A stretch of DNA of 64,000 nt from Chloroflexota bacterium (GTDB taxonomy: Bacteria > Chloroflexota > Dehalococcoidia > Lucifugimonadales > UBA3495): positions 1,720 to 65,719 of the forward strand of contig VXOH01000036.1 in assembly GCA_009840135.1 (NCBI GenBank), given 5' to 3'. The notes beneath the pieces were generated by a model. It did no database searches. It saw nothing but the letters and a program-made list of their open reading frames with translations, and was not told where the DNA came from. Within the stretch, counting starts at the first letter, position 1; every line of letters begins with the position of its first letter. Made by a program: the position numbers and the translations under genes. Shown in pieces: positions 1 through 9,752 of this stretch.

Positions 1-1143
1 CCCGTGTTCGACTCCAGGGATTGGCGAACTTACCAGCAGGTCAACCGCAAGTTTGCCGATCTTGTGCTGGATGAAGTGGGAGACAGGCCGGCCGTAGTGC
101 TTACCCAGGATTATCACCTGGCCCTGCTTCCCCAGTACCTCAGGGAAGCCGATGCTCCCATAATCACCGGGCAGTTCTGGCACATCCCCTGGCCCCACGC
201 CGAGATCTTCCGCATTTGTCCCTGGCAGTCGGAGCTGGTAGAAGGTCTCCTGGGGAACAATCTCCTGGGGTTCCACATCGGTGACCATTGCAGCAATTTC
301 ATGGATACCGCTTCCAGGACCCTCCCGGTGCGCGTGGACCAGGAATATAACCGCATAGATTACCGGGACGATACTACCCTGGTCCGGCCCTTTCCCATAA
401 GCATAGACTTTGACGATATTTGCCAGTTCTCGGAAAGCCCGGAAGTAACGGAGGAAATGGTAAGAATCCAGGATGAATGGGGTCTGGGCGGACAGATTAT
501 AGGCCTGGGAATTGACCGGGTGGACTACACAAAAGGCATTCCTCACCGCTTCCGCGCCATTGGCAGGTTCTTCGAGAAATACCCGCAATACCTGGGCAAG
601 GTTGTATTCGTTCAGGCCGGAGTCTTGAGCAGGAGCGACATTGAGGCGTACCAGCAACTGGGCGGTCAAATAGACCATCTGGTGGACGAGATTAACGGCC
701 GTTTTGGCCGGGCTGGTTGGCAGCCAATCGTGTACAAGCCCGACGACCTGCCGGCGGTTACTTTGATGGCCCTGCGCCGGCTGTCCCGCTTCTGCATTGT
801 CAGTTCACTGCACGACGGGATGAACCTGGTTGCCAAGGAATTCGTGGCCAGCCGTTTCGATGACGACGGCGTGCTTATTCTCAGCCCCTTTGCCGGAGCT
901 GCTCTTGAGCTGACCCAGTCCCTCATCGTCAACCCCTATGCTACCGAGGAAATGGCCGAAGCCATCCGCGACGCCGTGACCATGCCCCAGACTGAACGTC
1001 GTTACCGGATGCAGCAGATGAGGGGCACAGTCAGGGAGAACAACATTTACAAGTGGGCCGCTCGCCTGCTGGTCGAGCTGATGCAATGTGCCCGCGGCTC
1101 CAAGGTTGGCCGCTCCCTCTATGCGTCCGCTGGAATGCGGTAG
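1..1143 (+). CDS. otsA: Trehalose-6-phosphate synthase (GT20), C-terminal ~380 aa; 5' end lies outside the window
   Basis: Frame 1 is open from the window edge to TAG 1141-1143. Translation shows OtsA blocks (QDYHLALLP, FWHIPWP..EIF, LLGFHIGDH, GIDRVDYTKGI, MNLVAKEF). Confidence 0.9.
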   Translation, partial: PVFDSRDWRTYQQVNRKFADLVLDEVGDRPAVVLTQDYHLALLPQYLREADAPIITGQFWHIPWPHAEIFRICPWQSELVEGLLGNNLLGFHIGDHCSNFMDTASRTLPVRVDQEYNRIDYRDDTTLVRPFPISIDFDDICQFSESPEVTEEMVRIQDEWGLGGQIIGLGIDRVDYTKGIPHRFRAIGRFFEKYPQYLGKVVFVQAGVLSRSDIEAYQQLGGQIDHLVDEINGRFGRAGWQPIVYKPDDLPAVTLMALRRLSRFCIVSSLHDGMNLVAKEFVASRFDDDGVLILSPFAGAALELTQSLIVNPYATEEMAEAIRDAVTMPQTERRYRMQQMRGTVRENNIYKWAARLLVELMQCARGSKVGRSLYASAGMR

Positions 1144-1187
1144 CTGACCGTTAATCCACTCTTTAATGGTCGCCCGCATCTGATATC

Positions 1188-1970
1188 ATGCCCCACTTGC
1201 TGAATGTCTGGCCCAGCGTTCACCGCCGCATAGCCGGGGCAACACACCTGCTGCTTCTGTCTGACTACGACGGTACGCTGGCTCCCATCGCAGCCAGGCC
1301 CGATCTGGCTGTCCTTCCTCACCGCACACGGCTGGCGCTTCACACAATTAACCAGGCGTCCGGTGTTTCCGTGGGAGTAGTGAGTGGGAGAAGTCTTGCA
1401 GATGTTTCGAGCATGGTTGGTCTGCCAGGCTTGATCTACGCGGGAAACCATGGCCTGGAGATTCAGGGCAACGGTCTGGATTTTATTCACCCTGGGGCCG
1501 AAGCCTTGAAGCCTCAGCTGGACAATATTCTGCGCGAATTGGGTGAGAGGGTCGCCGGGATTGAGGGCGCGCTGGTCGAGGGGAAGGGGTTGACGTTGAG
1601 TGTTCACTTTCGACTGACTGCCGAGGACCAGAAACCACGAGTCCACGCCGAGTTTGAAGAAGCAACAAGGGCCTGGCTGCAAGCCGGTGAAGTCCGGGTT
1701 ACCGCAGGGAAAGAAGTCCTGGAAGTTAGGCCAAATATTCCCTGGGACAAGGGCAAGGCCATAGCCAGAATCGCGTCGGAATGTCCGCATGAGGCCCTGG
1801 TAATGTATTTAGGGGATGACCTCACGGACGAAGATGGATTCGCGGTTGTCAACGATCTTAACGGATTGTCAGTTTTTGTGGGTCCGGCCCGGCAGCCTAC
1901 GAGGGCGCTCTACCGGGTGGACTCTCCCTCAGAAGTGGCGACGACTCTGGATCTGATTGCGGCCATCTGA
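1188..1970 (+). CDS. otsB: Trehalose-6-phosphate phosphatase (HAD superfamily)
   Basis: 260 aa, 45 nt downstream of otsA. HAD nucleophile motif LLLSDYDGTLAP, GKEVLEVRP and C-terminal YLGDDLTDEDGF. Ends with TGA. Confidence 0.85.
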   Translation: MPHLLNVWPSVHRRIAGATHLLLLSDYDGTLAPIAARPDLAVLPHRTRLALHTINQASGVSVGVVSGRSLADVSSMVGLPGLIYAGNHGLEIQGNGLDFIHPGAEALKPQLDNILRELGERVAGIEGALVEGKGLTLSVHFRLTAEDQKPRVHAEFEEATRAWLQAGEVRVTAGKEVLEVRPNIPWDKGKAIARIASECPHEALVMYLGDDLTDEDGFAVVNDLNGLSVFVGPARQPTRALYRVDSPSEVATTLDLIAAI

Positions 1971-2055
1971 ACTAAGGACTGTTCCGATGAGCCCCGGTTG
2001 GCGAGCACGGTCAAGCTTGCTGCCCCTCAACTTCTTTCTTTGGCGATGGGCCACC

Positions 2056-2505
2056 CTAACCCTCCGACTCCACCTTTATCAGCTTGTCCAGCCGACGTTG
2101 AAAACGGGGCTCGGGTATGAAGTTTGCCGCCAGGAAAGCGCTGACTATTTCCTTGGATAGGTCCAACCCTATTATGCGCGCCCCCAGGCATATTACGTTC
2201 ATATCGTCGTGTTCGACTCCCTGGTGGCCGCTGTAGGTGTCGTGGCAGATTCCGGCCCGGACGCCGGCCAGTTTGTTGGCCGTAATGCTTGCCCCTATGC
2301 CGCTGCCGCAGCAAATGATCCCCCTTTCGGCCTGCCCTGATTGCACTGAACGGCCCACCGCGGCGGCAAAATCCGGGTAATCATCATCCGGGTCCAGTTG
2401 GTGGGCTCCGAGATCAATTACCTGGTGCCCGGCAGACTCCAGCCAGGGCCTCAATAGCTCCTTCAAGGGTAATCCGGCGTGGTCGGCGCCAATGGCTATC
2501 TGCAT
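2056..2505 (-). CDS. rpiB: Ribose-5-phosphate isomerase B (RpiB/LacAB family)
   Basis: 149 aa with IAIGADHAG, IICCGSGIGASITANK and GICHD, typical of RpiB. Confidence 0.9.
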   Translation of the reverse strand: MQIAIGADHAGLPLKELLRPWLESAGHQVIDLGAHQLDPDDDYPDFAAAVGRSVQSGQAERGIICCGSGIGASITANKLAGVRAGICHDTYSGHQGVEHDDMNVICLGARIIGLDLSKEIVSAFLAANFIPEPRFQRRLDKLIKVESEG

Positions 2506-2622
2506 TTTCGTTTCTCCAGAATTGGGGAATCAAGGGCTGGTAAATATTTACTGAAAACAGGACCAGGTTCAAACCGTGGCTATATCAGCCAGCAAGTTGG
2601 GTCAACCTGATTTGTTACGTAT

Positions 2623-2651
2623 TTCACAAGATTGGGGGGCTATGCTAGAAT
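2623..2651 (+). promoter_or_regulatory. Candidate sigma70-type promoter for the HAD gene
   Basis: TTCACA (2623-2628), 17-nt spacer, TAGAAT (2646-2651) preceded by TGc (extended -10). The same ATGCTAGAAT string recurs at the minus-strand promoter at 27749-27758. Confidence 0.45.
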
Positions 2652-2754
2652 GCGCTATCAGATGCTGCTCCCGCCAAATAATTCTTGCCCTATTGCATTA
2701 AAGATGTCAATATTGGGCCAACTCAAGGGCTCTTCCGGGAGAGAAGCGGGCTAG

Positions 2755-3531
2755 ATGATCAAGGCAATCTTCTTTGACTTTTATAATACCCTGGTAAGGT
2801 TCTGGCCTCCCCTTGCCCAGATTCAGCAAGCTTCGTGCCAGGAGTTTGGCTTTCACCTGGACCAGGAGTCGTTGAGTTACGGATACTCGGTCGCCGACAT
2901 TTATTTTAATCGCCAGAATGAAATCAAGCCTCTGGCCCTTCGCAGCGAGGAGGAGCGGCTGGATTTCTTTTCCCGTTACGAACAAATTCTTCTTGAGAAC
3001 GCCGGTCTGCCGGTATCGCTGGATTTGGCCCGCCAGGTCTGGCAAGTGGCCATAAGCGTGCCCAAAGACTTCGTCACCTTTGACGACACGCTGGAGTCGC
3101 TGGAACGCCTCAAGGGCAAGGGATACTCATTGGGAGTGATTTCCAACCTGAGGCGCGATATGAACCAGCTTTGTGACAATCTGGGAATGGCTCCCTACCT
3201 GGATTTCTGCCTTACGTCGGCAGAAATAGGTGTGGAAAAGCCTGATCCGGCGATCTTTGTGGCCGCTTTGAAACGGGCGGGGGTCAAGCCATCAGAAGCC
3301 CTGCATGTGGGTGATCAGCCCAGGTCGGATATGGTGGGAGCCCGGGGCGCTGGACTTCACGCCATCTTGCTGGACCGGGGCGGGTGGCACACTGAAATCG
3401 AGAATTGCGTCCAGATCTCCCGTCTGGACGAACTGGACGAACTGCTGGCCCATGCGCCCGAATCCCTGCTGTTGCACAAGAGTGAGCCGGGTGTCAGCGG
3501 CTATTACCCCGACGAGCAGGCTGCCGGCTAG
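2755..3531 (+). CDS. HAD-superfamily hydrolase, subfamily IA (haloacid-dehalogenase-type DxYxT nucleophile motif)
   Basis: 258 aa. N-terminal IFFDFYNTL (Tyr instead of the second Asp, as in L-2-haloacid dehalogenase-type members), VISN and HVGDQPRSD motif IV. Confidence 0.75.
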   Translation: MIKAIFFDFYNTLVRFWPPLAQIQQASCQEFGFHLDQESLSYGYSVADIYFNRQNEIKPLALRSEEERLDFFSRYEQILLENAGLPVSLDLARQVWQVAISVPKDFVTFDDTLESLERLKGKGYSLGVISNLRRDMNQLCDNLGMAPYLDFCLTSAEIGVEKPDPAIFVAALKRAGVKPSEALHVGDQPRSDMVGARGAGLHAILLDRGGWHTEIENCVQISRLDELDELLAHAPESLLLHKSEPGVSGYYPDEQAAG

Positions 3532-3633
3532 TCTCTTTATTACGCGCGGCGCCCTGAATCTTTTCCCTGCCTGTCCATCCCTTAAACGCCGGTGGGCAGT
3601 TGACTCCCGAAGTCCCAGGATTGGAGGCTCATT

Positions 3634-4269
3634 ATGGTGGAGAATGCTCAACCGCAGGCCAATGGGGCAGACCCGGTTCGGGTGATTGTCTGGTACGACT
3701 ATATTTGACCCTGGTGCTACGTCGGCCTGGAGAGGGTTGACAAGTTGGGCCAGGATTACAACATTGCGGTGGAGGGTCGGGCGTATCTGCTGCGCCCCGA
3801 TACCCCGAAGGATGGGCTGCTGCGTCAGCCCCGTTCCGGTGAGACGGAGGATGAGCTCAGCGAGCCCATCCGGTCCCAGATTCGGGAAGCAAACCTGATA
3901 ATGAAGCCGCCCCAGGTGACACCCAACACCGTCTATGCCCTGGAGGCTACTGAGTACGCCCAGCAGCATGGCAAGTTCATGGAGTTCCACCATGCAGCAT
4001 ATAAGGCGTACTGGGAAGACCGGAAAGACCTGGGAAAGATCGAGGTACTGGCGGAGATAGCGAAGTCTGTTTCCCTGGATGCCGATGAAATGGTTCAATG
4101 CCTTGAAACTCGCGAACTTACGAACCTGGTAATGGGGCAATACCAGGAAGCACTACAGCAGGGAATCCGCGGCATCCCCACCTTTGTAGTTGGGAATCTG
4201 CTCTTTACCGGCGCTCACCCTTATGAAATTTTCAAGTCGGCCATGAACCAGTACCTGGAATCCGGTTAA
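3634..4269 (+). CDS. FrnE/DsbA-like thiol:disulfide oxidoreductase with predicted selenocysteine (UPWC redox motif; TGA at 3706-3708)
   Basis: The ORF track calls only 3745-4269 (TTG start), which lacks the N-terminal strand and active site. The same frame extends upstream to ATG 3634, preceded by GGAGG 3623-3627. It reads MVENAQPQANGADPVRVIVWYDYI[TGA]PWCYVGLERVDKLGQDYN..., matching the DsbA/FrnE W.DY.CP.CY.G motif with TGA at the first Cys. The C-terminus has GIRGIPTFVV and the restored length is 211 aa. Confidence 0.72.
3724..3751 (+). promoter_or_regulatory. Candidate bacterial SECIS-like hairpin for the TGA at 3706
   Basis: GGCCUGG (3724-3730) can pair with UUGGGCC (3745-3751): 4 G-C plus 3 G-U pairs. 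The 14-nt loop contains GGGUUG. The stem starts 16 nt after the UGA. Paired by eye only, not thermodynamically folded. Confidence 0.35.
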
Positions 4270-4295
4270 AATTGTTGGTAGGTGGCAAGCTAGAT

Positions 4296-4323
4296 GGGGC
4301 GACCAAAGAGGTCGCCCCTTTTT
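4296..4323 (+). terminator. Rho-independent terminator after the FrnE-like gene
   Basis: GGGGCGACC (4296-4304), loop AAAGA, GGTCGCCCC (4310-4318), followed by TTTTT (4319-4323). Confidence 0.8.
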
Positions 4324-4369
4324 CTGTGCAATGAAAAGCGAGGTAGCGAAGCGTTGCCGCCATTTCCGG

Positions 4370-4399
4370 TTGAACCCTTATTGGGCCGTGTGTTAATAT
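4370..4399 (+). promoter_or_regulatory. Candidate promoter for the nuoEFG-like cluster
   Basis: TTGAAC (4370-4375), 18-nt spacer, TAATAT (4394-4399) preceded by TGt. Confidence 0.4.
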
Positions 4400-4489
4400 C
4401 CAAATGCAATTTGTTACAGAATTCACGAACTTTTCCTCCGCCGGAATCCTCTCTGACTTGAGGTGGATGGGGCCAAGGAGCCCAAGGTG

Positions 4490-4993
4490 ATGGATGGGCT
4501 GAAAGAAAGAATCAGAAGGGCCGTCCACAATCAACCTCAACCCACAGTTACCATCCTCTCGTCCCTGTTGTCAGTTGAGGACGAGCTTGGCTACATTCCC
4601 AGAGAAGCCGTCGAAGAGGTTGCCGGTTATAACCGGGTAACGGTAAACGACGTATGGGCAGTAGTCTCCTTCTATCCCAATTTCAGGACCGTGCCCCCCT
4701 GTGAGCATCGTATCGAAGTTTGCTGGGGACCCTCCTGCCACCTGGTCGGAGCAATGCCGGTAATCGAATCAGTGCTTGAGGCTGCGGGACTGGCAGAAGA
4801 GGGAGACACGCCCGACGGGAAGTTGACGGTTCGCTATAACACGTGCCTGGGCGCCTGTGCCCTGGCGCCCGTAATGTCCATTGATCATCACCTGGTGGGG
4901 CGTGCGGACCCGAAAAAGGGCAGGGAACTGGTCGGCCGGGCTCTGGATAACAACAGCGGCGACCCACACGAAGGGGCGGGTTTCCGCGGTTAG
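4490..4993 (+). CDS. nuoE: NuoE-like [2Fe-2S] thioredoxin-fold subunit (24-kDa type)
   Basis: Motifs ILSSLL.VEDELGYIP, FYPNF, CWGPSCHLVG and CLGACALAPV (the 4 Cys of the 2Fe-2S site). The maximal ORF starts at GTG 4463. AAGGAG (4475-4480) favours GTG 4487 or ATG 4490 as the start. Confidence 0.85.
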   Translation: MDGLKERIRRAVHNQPQPTVTILSSLLSVEDELGYIPREAVEEVAGYNRVTVNDVWAVVSFYPNFRTVPPCEHRIEVCWGPSCHLVGAMPVIESVLEAAGLAEEGDTPDGKLTVRYNTCLGACALAPVMSIDHHLVGRADPKKGRELVGRALDNNSGDPHEGAGFRG

Positions 4994-5031
4994 GCGGCTG
5001 CCTCAGTGGCCGACACTCGCATGCAGCGACG

Positions 5032-6756
5032 ATGACAGTGACCTTTAACGATATCAAGGAAAAAGCCGACGCCAGATGGAACGAATTGAACTCTGTCCGT
5101 CCGTGGATACGGATAGGTACGGCTCTTTGCGGCCAGGCGGCGGGCGCCGAGGAAGTTGCCGATGCCTTCGACTCAGAACTTGAGGCGCGGGGCTTTGACG
5201 CCACGGTAAGCCGTGTCGGATGCCTGGGCCTCTGCTATGCCGAGCCCCTGGTGGACATTCTCGTACCCGGCCGGGGACGGGTAGTTTACGGCAACGTAGA
5301 TGTTGACATGGTCTCGGACCTGGTTGAGGATCACCTAAAGACAGGCCAGCCTGTTACGGACAATGTTATGGGCTGTCGCGCCCTGGGCTATGTCGGAGAG
5401 GAAATTGATGGGGAACTGGAGTCCCTGGACCAGCACCCCATGCGGGCCAGGGAGCAAAGAATCGCCCTGCGGAACGCCGGTCACATTGACCCCCTGGACA
5501 TTTATCAATATGTCGCCAACGGCGGCTATCATGCGCTGAATCGCGCTCTTACCGAGATCACCGCGGCAGATGTGCTGGAAGAGGTGAATGTTTCGGGATT
5601 GCGAGGGCGAGGCGGCGCCGCTTTTCCTGCCGGTACCAAGTGGCGGTTTCTGGCGGGCTCCAACGCTCCCGACAAGTACATTCTATGCAACTGCGAGGAA
5701 GGTGATCCTGGCGCCTTCAACGACAAGGGGATTCTGGAAAGCGACCCGCATACAGTGGTCGAGGGAATCATCCTGGCGGGGTACGCCACCGGGGCAAACC
5801 ACGGCTACATTTTTATCAGGCATGGTCACGACGGACCCATAGACCGTACCAAGGCAGCCATTGCCCAGGCTTATGAACTGGGATTGCTGGGGGAAAACAT
5901 CCTGGGGTCGGATTTTACCTTTGACCTGGAAGTGGCACTGACGGGAGATTCCTACGTTTCCGGCGAAGAGACCGCCCTTATGGAGGCAATAGAAGGCAGC
6001 CGCGCCATGCCCAGATACCGGCCTCCTTTTCCGGCCCAGGTTGGTGTTTTCGGAAAGCCCACCAACATCAACAACGTCAAAACCATGGCTTACGTACCCG
6101 AGATTGTTGCCAGGGGTGGCGAGTGGTTCGCCGGCATTGGCCACGACAAGAGCACCGGAACCGCCATTCTCTGCCTATCGGGCAACCTGAAATATACGGG
6201 CATGGTGGAAATTCCCATGGGCGTGAATCTTAACGAGGTCCTGTATGAAGTGGCCGGAGGAGTGCCGGGGGGAAAGCAATTGAGCTTCCTTCAGACCGGT
6301 GGCCCGTTGGGCGGCGTGCTGAGCGCCGACGCCACTGACCTGGTGCTGGACTTTGACATTTTTCGCACCGCCGGGGCAATACTGGGTTCCGGAGGCGTTA
6401 TTGCGGCTGATGAAGACACCTGTGTAGTTGACCTGACCAGGGTGTTGATCGCTTTCTGCCAGTATGAGTCATGTGGCAAGTGTTTTCCCTGCCGTATGGG
6501 CATGAGCCACATGCTGGAGGTCCTGGAACGAATCTGCCGGCTGGAAGGCACTTCGGATGACCTGGCGCTGATGAGCAGTATCGGGGAGAATATGCAGGCG
6601 GGATCGCTTTGCGGTCACGGTCAGCTGGGGTTCAATCCGGTAGCTTCTGCCCTTCGTTATTTCCCGGACCAGTTCCAGACGCACATTGTAGAGAAACGGT
6701 GCCCCACCGGGCGTTGCCAAGCGCCCCGCTTTGCTCCCAGTCTCAGTCGCAGATAG
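5032..6756 (+). CDS. nuoF: NuoF-like NADH-binding FMN/[4Fe-4S] subunit with an N-terminal thioredoxin-like 2Fe-2S extension (HoxF/FdsB/HydB-type architecture)
   Basis: 574 aa. GLRGRGGAAFPAGTKW (NADH/FMN site), CNCEEGDPGAF, ESCGKCFPCRMG and SLCGHGQ. The extra N-terminal domain carries CGQAAGA...VGCLGLC. Confidence 0.88.
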   Translation: MTVTFNDIKEKADARWNELNSVRPWIRIGTALCGQAAGAEEVADAFDSELEARGFDATVSRVGCLGLCYAEPLVDILVPGRGRVVYGNVDVDMVSDLVEDHLKTGQPVTDNVMGCRALGYVGEEIDGELESLDQHPMRAREQRIALRNAGHIDPLDIYQYVANGGYHALNRALTEITAADVLEEVNVSGLRGRGGAAFPAGTKWRFLAGSNAPDKYILCNCEEGDPGAFNDKGILESDPHTVVEGIILAGYATGANHGYIFIRHGHDGPIDRTKAAIAQAYELGLLGENILGSDFTFDLEVALTGDSYVSGEETALMEAIEGSRAMPRYRPPFPAQVGVFGKPTNINNVKTMAYVPEIVARGGEWFAGIGHDKSTGTAILCLSGNLKYTGMVEIPMGVNLNEVLYEVAGGVPGGKQLSFLQTGGPLGGVLSADATDLVLDFDIFRTAGAILGSGGVIAADEDTCVVDLTRVLIAFCQYESCGKCFPCRMGMSHMLEVLERICRLEGTSDDLALMSSIGENMQAGSLCGHGQLGFNPVASALRYFPDQFQTHIVEKRCPTGRCQAPRFAPSLSRR

Positions 6757-6799
6757 CTTACCGGCCCTTCAGGCTCAGCCTGAATTGTGAGAAGTATAG

Positions 6800-9637
6800 A
6801 TGCCCGATAACATTACCATTTCCATTGACGGGGTGGAGATAAAGACCCAACCGGGGAAAATGGTGCTGGAAGCGGCTATCGAAGCGGGAATATACATCCC
6901 TTATCTGTGCTACCACCCGGGCATGGACCCCTTTGCCGCCTGCAGGATGTGCGTAGTCTCCGTGGAAGGAGGCAGGGGGTTTCCTGCGGCTTGTACCCTT
7001 CCCGCAGCCGACGGAATGCGCATCCGAAGCGACTCCGAGGACGTGGATGAACTGCGCAGGTCGGTGATGCAGATGCTCATTGCCGAGCATCCTAATGGCT
7101 GTCTTACATGTCACCGTGTGGACATCTGTGGCCCCAGCGATGTTTGCCTAAGGCACGTTTCTGTGAACGACCGTTGTGTCACTTGCCCCAAGAACGAGCG
7201 CTGTGAGTTCAAGGACACGGTTCGCTACCTGGGAATGGAGCTGGAATCCCCTCTGAATTACAAATACAAGCAGGTGCCGCTGGAGGTCTCAGATCCCTTT
7301 TACGACAGGGATTACAACCTGTGCATTGCCTGCGGGCGTTGCGTGCGGGCGTGCGAAGAAATACGTGGCGACGACGCCATTTGTTTCACCGAACGTTCCG
7401 GCAAGGCCCTGATTGGGACGTCGTTTGGCTCTTCCCTGCTGGAGTCGGGCTGCGAATTTTGCGGCGCCTGCATTGATGTGTGCCCGGTGGGCGCGCTGGT
7501 GGAGCGGGACCACAAATGGGAGAAGCCCCGCAGCGTGGAGCAGACCATCTGTCCCCATTGCCCGGTGGGTTGCCAACTTAACCTGGAGCTAGGAGATTCC
7601 GGAGAACTTGTCCGGGTGGTCCCCGAAATTAACGCTCCCTCAAACAGGGGACAGGCTTGCTTTAAGGGGAAATTCGGTCTTGAGTTTCTTAACAGCGGGG
7701 AACGACTGGACAAGCCGCTGATTCGAAAGAACGGGGAGTTGGTGGAATCAAACTGGGATGATGCGCTGGACCTGGTGGCCTCGCGACTGCAGGAATACAA
7801 GGGCGAAGCATTTGCCCTGTTAACGGCCCCTGATTCCACCAACGAAGAGATGTACCTGGCCCAGAAGTTCGCCAGGGTTGCCATGGGCACCAACAGCGTG
7901 GACGTCACTTCGAACCTTTATCCCGAGCTTACCCAGGGGTTGCTTCGAGCTCTGGGCCACGGCGGGGCGACAAATCCCATTTGGGACCTGGAGAAGGCCG
8001 GCAGCGTTCTGGTTTTCAACTCGAACCTGACCGAGGACAACAATGTCCTAGCGCTGCCCATCAAGCGTGCGGCCAAGAACGGGGCCTCCCTCATAATCAT
8101 TGACTCGCGGGAGGTTGAACTCACTCGCCATGCCGATATGTGGCTCCGACCGAGGCCCGGAACCGAGTTGTTGCTTCTCGGCGGTATCCTGCGGGAGGTG
8201 CTCGACCAGGGATTGGTGAAGGAACAATGGGTGGAAGAAAACTGTGAAGATCCCGCTACCCTCTTCTATTACCTGCACAATCTGGACCTGGACGAGGTAG
8301 CCGCGACAACCCAGGTGAGCAGGAACTCCATGGCTCTGGCTGCCGGACAATTCGGTGGCGCGGAATCGAGCGCGGTGTGCTACGGCCTTAACAATGTACC
8401 GTCAGAATTGCAGCGGGATTGCGTAAGCGCCTTGTTGGACCTGGTCCTTTTAACCGGCAACGTGGGCAGGGCCGGGGCTGGCCTTTACCCGGTAAGGCAG
8501 GGAGCCAACGAGCAGGGCTCCTGGGACGTTGGCTGCATTCCCGGCCGGCTGCCCGGTGGCGCTTCTCCGAGAGATGAACGGCGCCGTTCCGAACTTGAAG
8601 AGTTGCTCAATTGTTCCCTTCCCCAGAATCGCGGCTTTGGTGTAACCAATTTTGCCGAGGCCGCCAGGGACGGCATTTTGAAGGCCTTGTTCCTGGTAGG
8701 CGACAGTCCTAACCTTACCAATGGCAACCTGGGCGACGCGGTGACCGCGCTGCAGGAGTTGGACTTCCTGGTGGTCATGGATGCGTTTCTGTCGCCGGCT
8801 GCCCGGGTCGCCGATGTGGTGCTGCCTCGCCGGACCTTCGTGGAAAAGGATGGCACTTTCACGAACCTTGAACGGAGGATTCAACGGCTGAAGCCCGTCC
8901 GGGAATGTGAAGACCAGGGACCGGAAACCGAAAGTGCGGTGTTTGGGCGGCTGGCCCAAAAAATGGGCGCCATGGGGTTTGACTTTCCGTCGGCTGGCGC
9001 AGTTATGGATGAGATTGCTCGGGTGGCGCCATCCTACGCCGGCGTTTCCTATGATCGCCTGGAATCGGAATCCAGGGTCGTGCTGAGGACCGGGTTGGAA
9101 AGCCCCAAGCCTACCCAGATGCTGTACGCCGGACGGGAATACCGCGGTTTACAGTGGCCCGTCTCCGAAGATACAGGGTCTGATACGCCCGTGCTGTACC
9201 AGGAGAGCTTTCCCCTGGGCAAGGCCAATTTAATCGCACCTGAGTTCAGAGTTCCGGAAGACCTGACTGATCCGGACTACCCCCTGTGGTTGGTTCCAGG
9301 CAGGGTGCTCTTGCAGCGGGACCGGGAAACCCGCGTCGAGTTGGAGCAAAGTTCCCGGCGGAACCGTATAGTTCGGGAAGAATTGGTAGAGCTCAGCGGT
9401 ATTGATGCCTCCGCCCAGTCCATACTGGATGGTGACTCGGTTCGTCTGGAGACACCAAGGGGTAGCCTGGCCGGTGTGGCTCGAGTCAGCGATGAGTTGC
9501 CATCGGGAATGGTGGCAATAACTGGCCTGTTCGGACAATTGGCGGTGGATCTTCAGGAATCTGATCATCCCGACCCCATGTCCCAGGCTCCAGGGTTGCA
9601 CGTGACCCCGGCCAGGCTGTTTAAAGTCGCAGAATAG
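6800..9637 (+). CDS. nuoG: NuoG-like Fe-S subunit with a degenerate molybdopterin-oxidoreductase domain (no Cys/Sec Mo ligand)
   Basis: 945 aa. N-terminal 2Fe-2S (YLCYHPGMDPFAACRMCVV), CIACGRCVRACEE, CEFCGACIDVCPVGAL and ICPHCPVGCQLNL. Where formate dehydrogenases carry C-A-R-x-C/U-H, this protein has VTSNLYPE, so it is not a catalytic FDH. No internal TGA. Confidence 0.8.
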   Translation: MPDNITISIDGVEIKTQPGKMVLEAAIEAGIYIPYLCYHPGMDPFAACRMCVVSVEGGRGFPAACTLPAADGMRIRSDSEDVDELRRSVMQMLIAEHPNGCLTCHRVDICGPSDVCLRHVSVNDRCVTCPKNERCEFKDTVRYLGMELESPLNYKYKQVPLEVSDPFYDRDYNLCIACGRCVRACEEIRGDDAICFTERSGKALIGTSFGSSLLESGCEFCGACIDVCPVGALVERDHKWEKPRSVEQTICPHCPVGCQLNLELGDSGELVRVVPEINAPSNRGQACFKGKFGLEFLNSGERLDKPLIRKNGELVESNWDDALDLVASRLQEYKGEAFALLTAPDSTNEEMYLAQKFARVAMGTNSVDVTSNLYPELTQGLLRALGHGGATNPIWDLEKAGSVLVFNSNLTEDNNVLALPIKRAAKNGASLIIIDSREVELTRHADMWLRPRPGTELLLLGGILREVLDQGLVKEQWVEENCEDPATLFYYLHNLDLDEVAATTQVSRNSMALAAGQFGGAESSAVCYGLNNVPSELQRDCVSALLDLVLLTGNVGRAGAGLYPVRQGANEQGSWDVGCIPGRLPGGASPRDERRRSELEELLNCSLPQNRGFGVTNFAEAARDGILKALFLVGDSPNLTNGNLGDAVTALQELDFLVVMDAFLSPAARVADVVLPRRTFVEKDGTFTNLERRIQRLKPVRECEDQGPETESAVFGRLAQKMGAMGFDFPSAGAVMDEIARVAPSYAGVSYDRLESESRVVLRTGLESPKPTQMLYAGREYRGLQWPVSEDTGSDTPVLYQESFPLGKANLIAPEFRVPEDLTDPDYPLWLVPGRVLLQRDRETRVELEQSSRRNRIVREELVELSGIDASAQSILDGDSVRLETPRGSLAGVARVSDELPSGMVAITGLFGQLAVDLQESDHPDPMSQAPGLHVTPARLFKVAE

Positions 9638-9752
9638 CAACAAGGAAATTCAAACCGGCAGTTGCTACAATTAAAGGGTCAGTGAGCGCCGGCTGGAACA
9701 ACACCTGCAGAATGCAGTTGAAGAATTAACTCCCAACACTCAGAGGTGAAGG

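Noticed and set aside
6800-9637. The 945-aa molybdopterin-domain protein as a formate dehydrogenase alpha subunit or classical selenoprotein
   Set aside because: There is no in-frame TGA. The position that holds Cys or Sec in FDH (C-A-R-x-C/U-H) reads VTSNLYPE. The context with NuoE- and NuoF-like genes fits a non-catalytic NuoG-type subunit.
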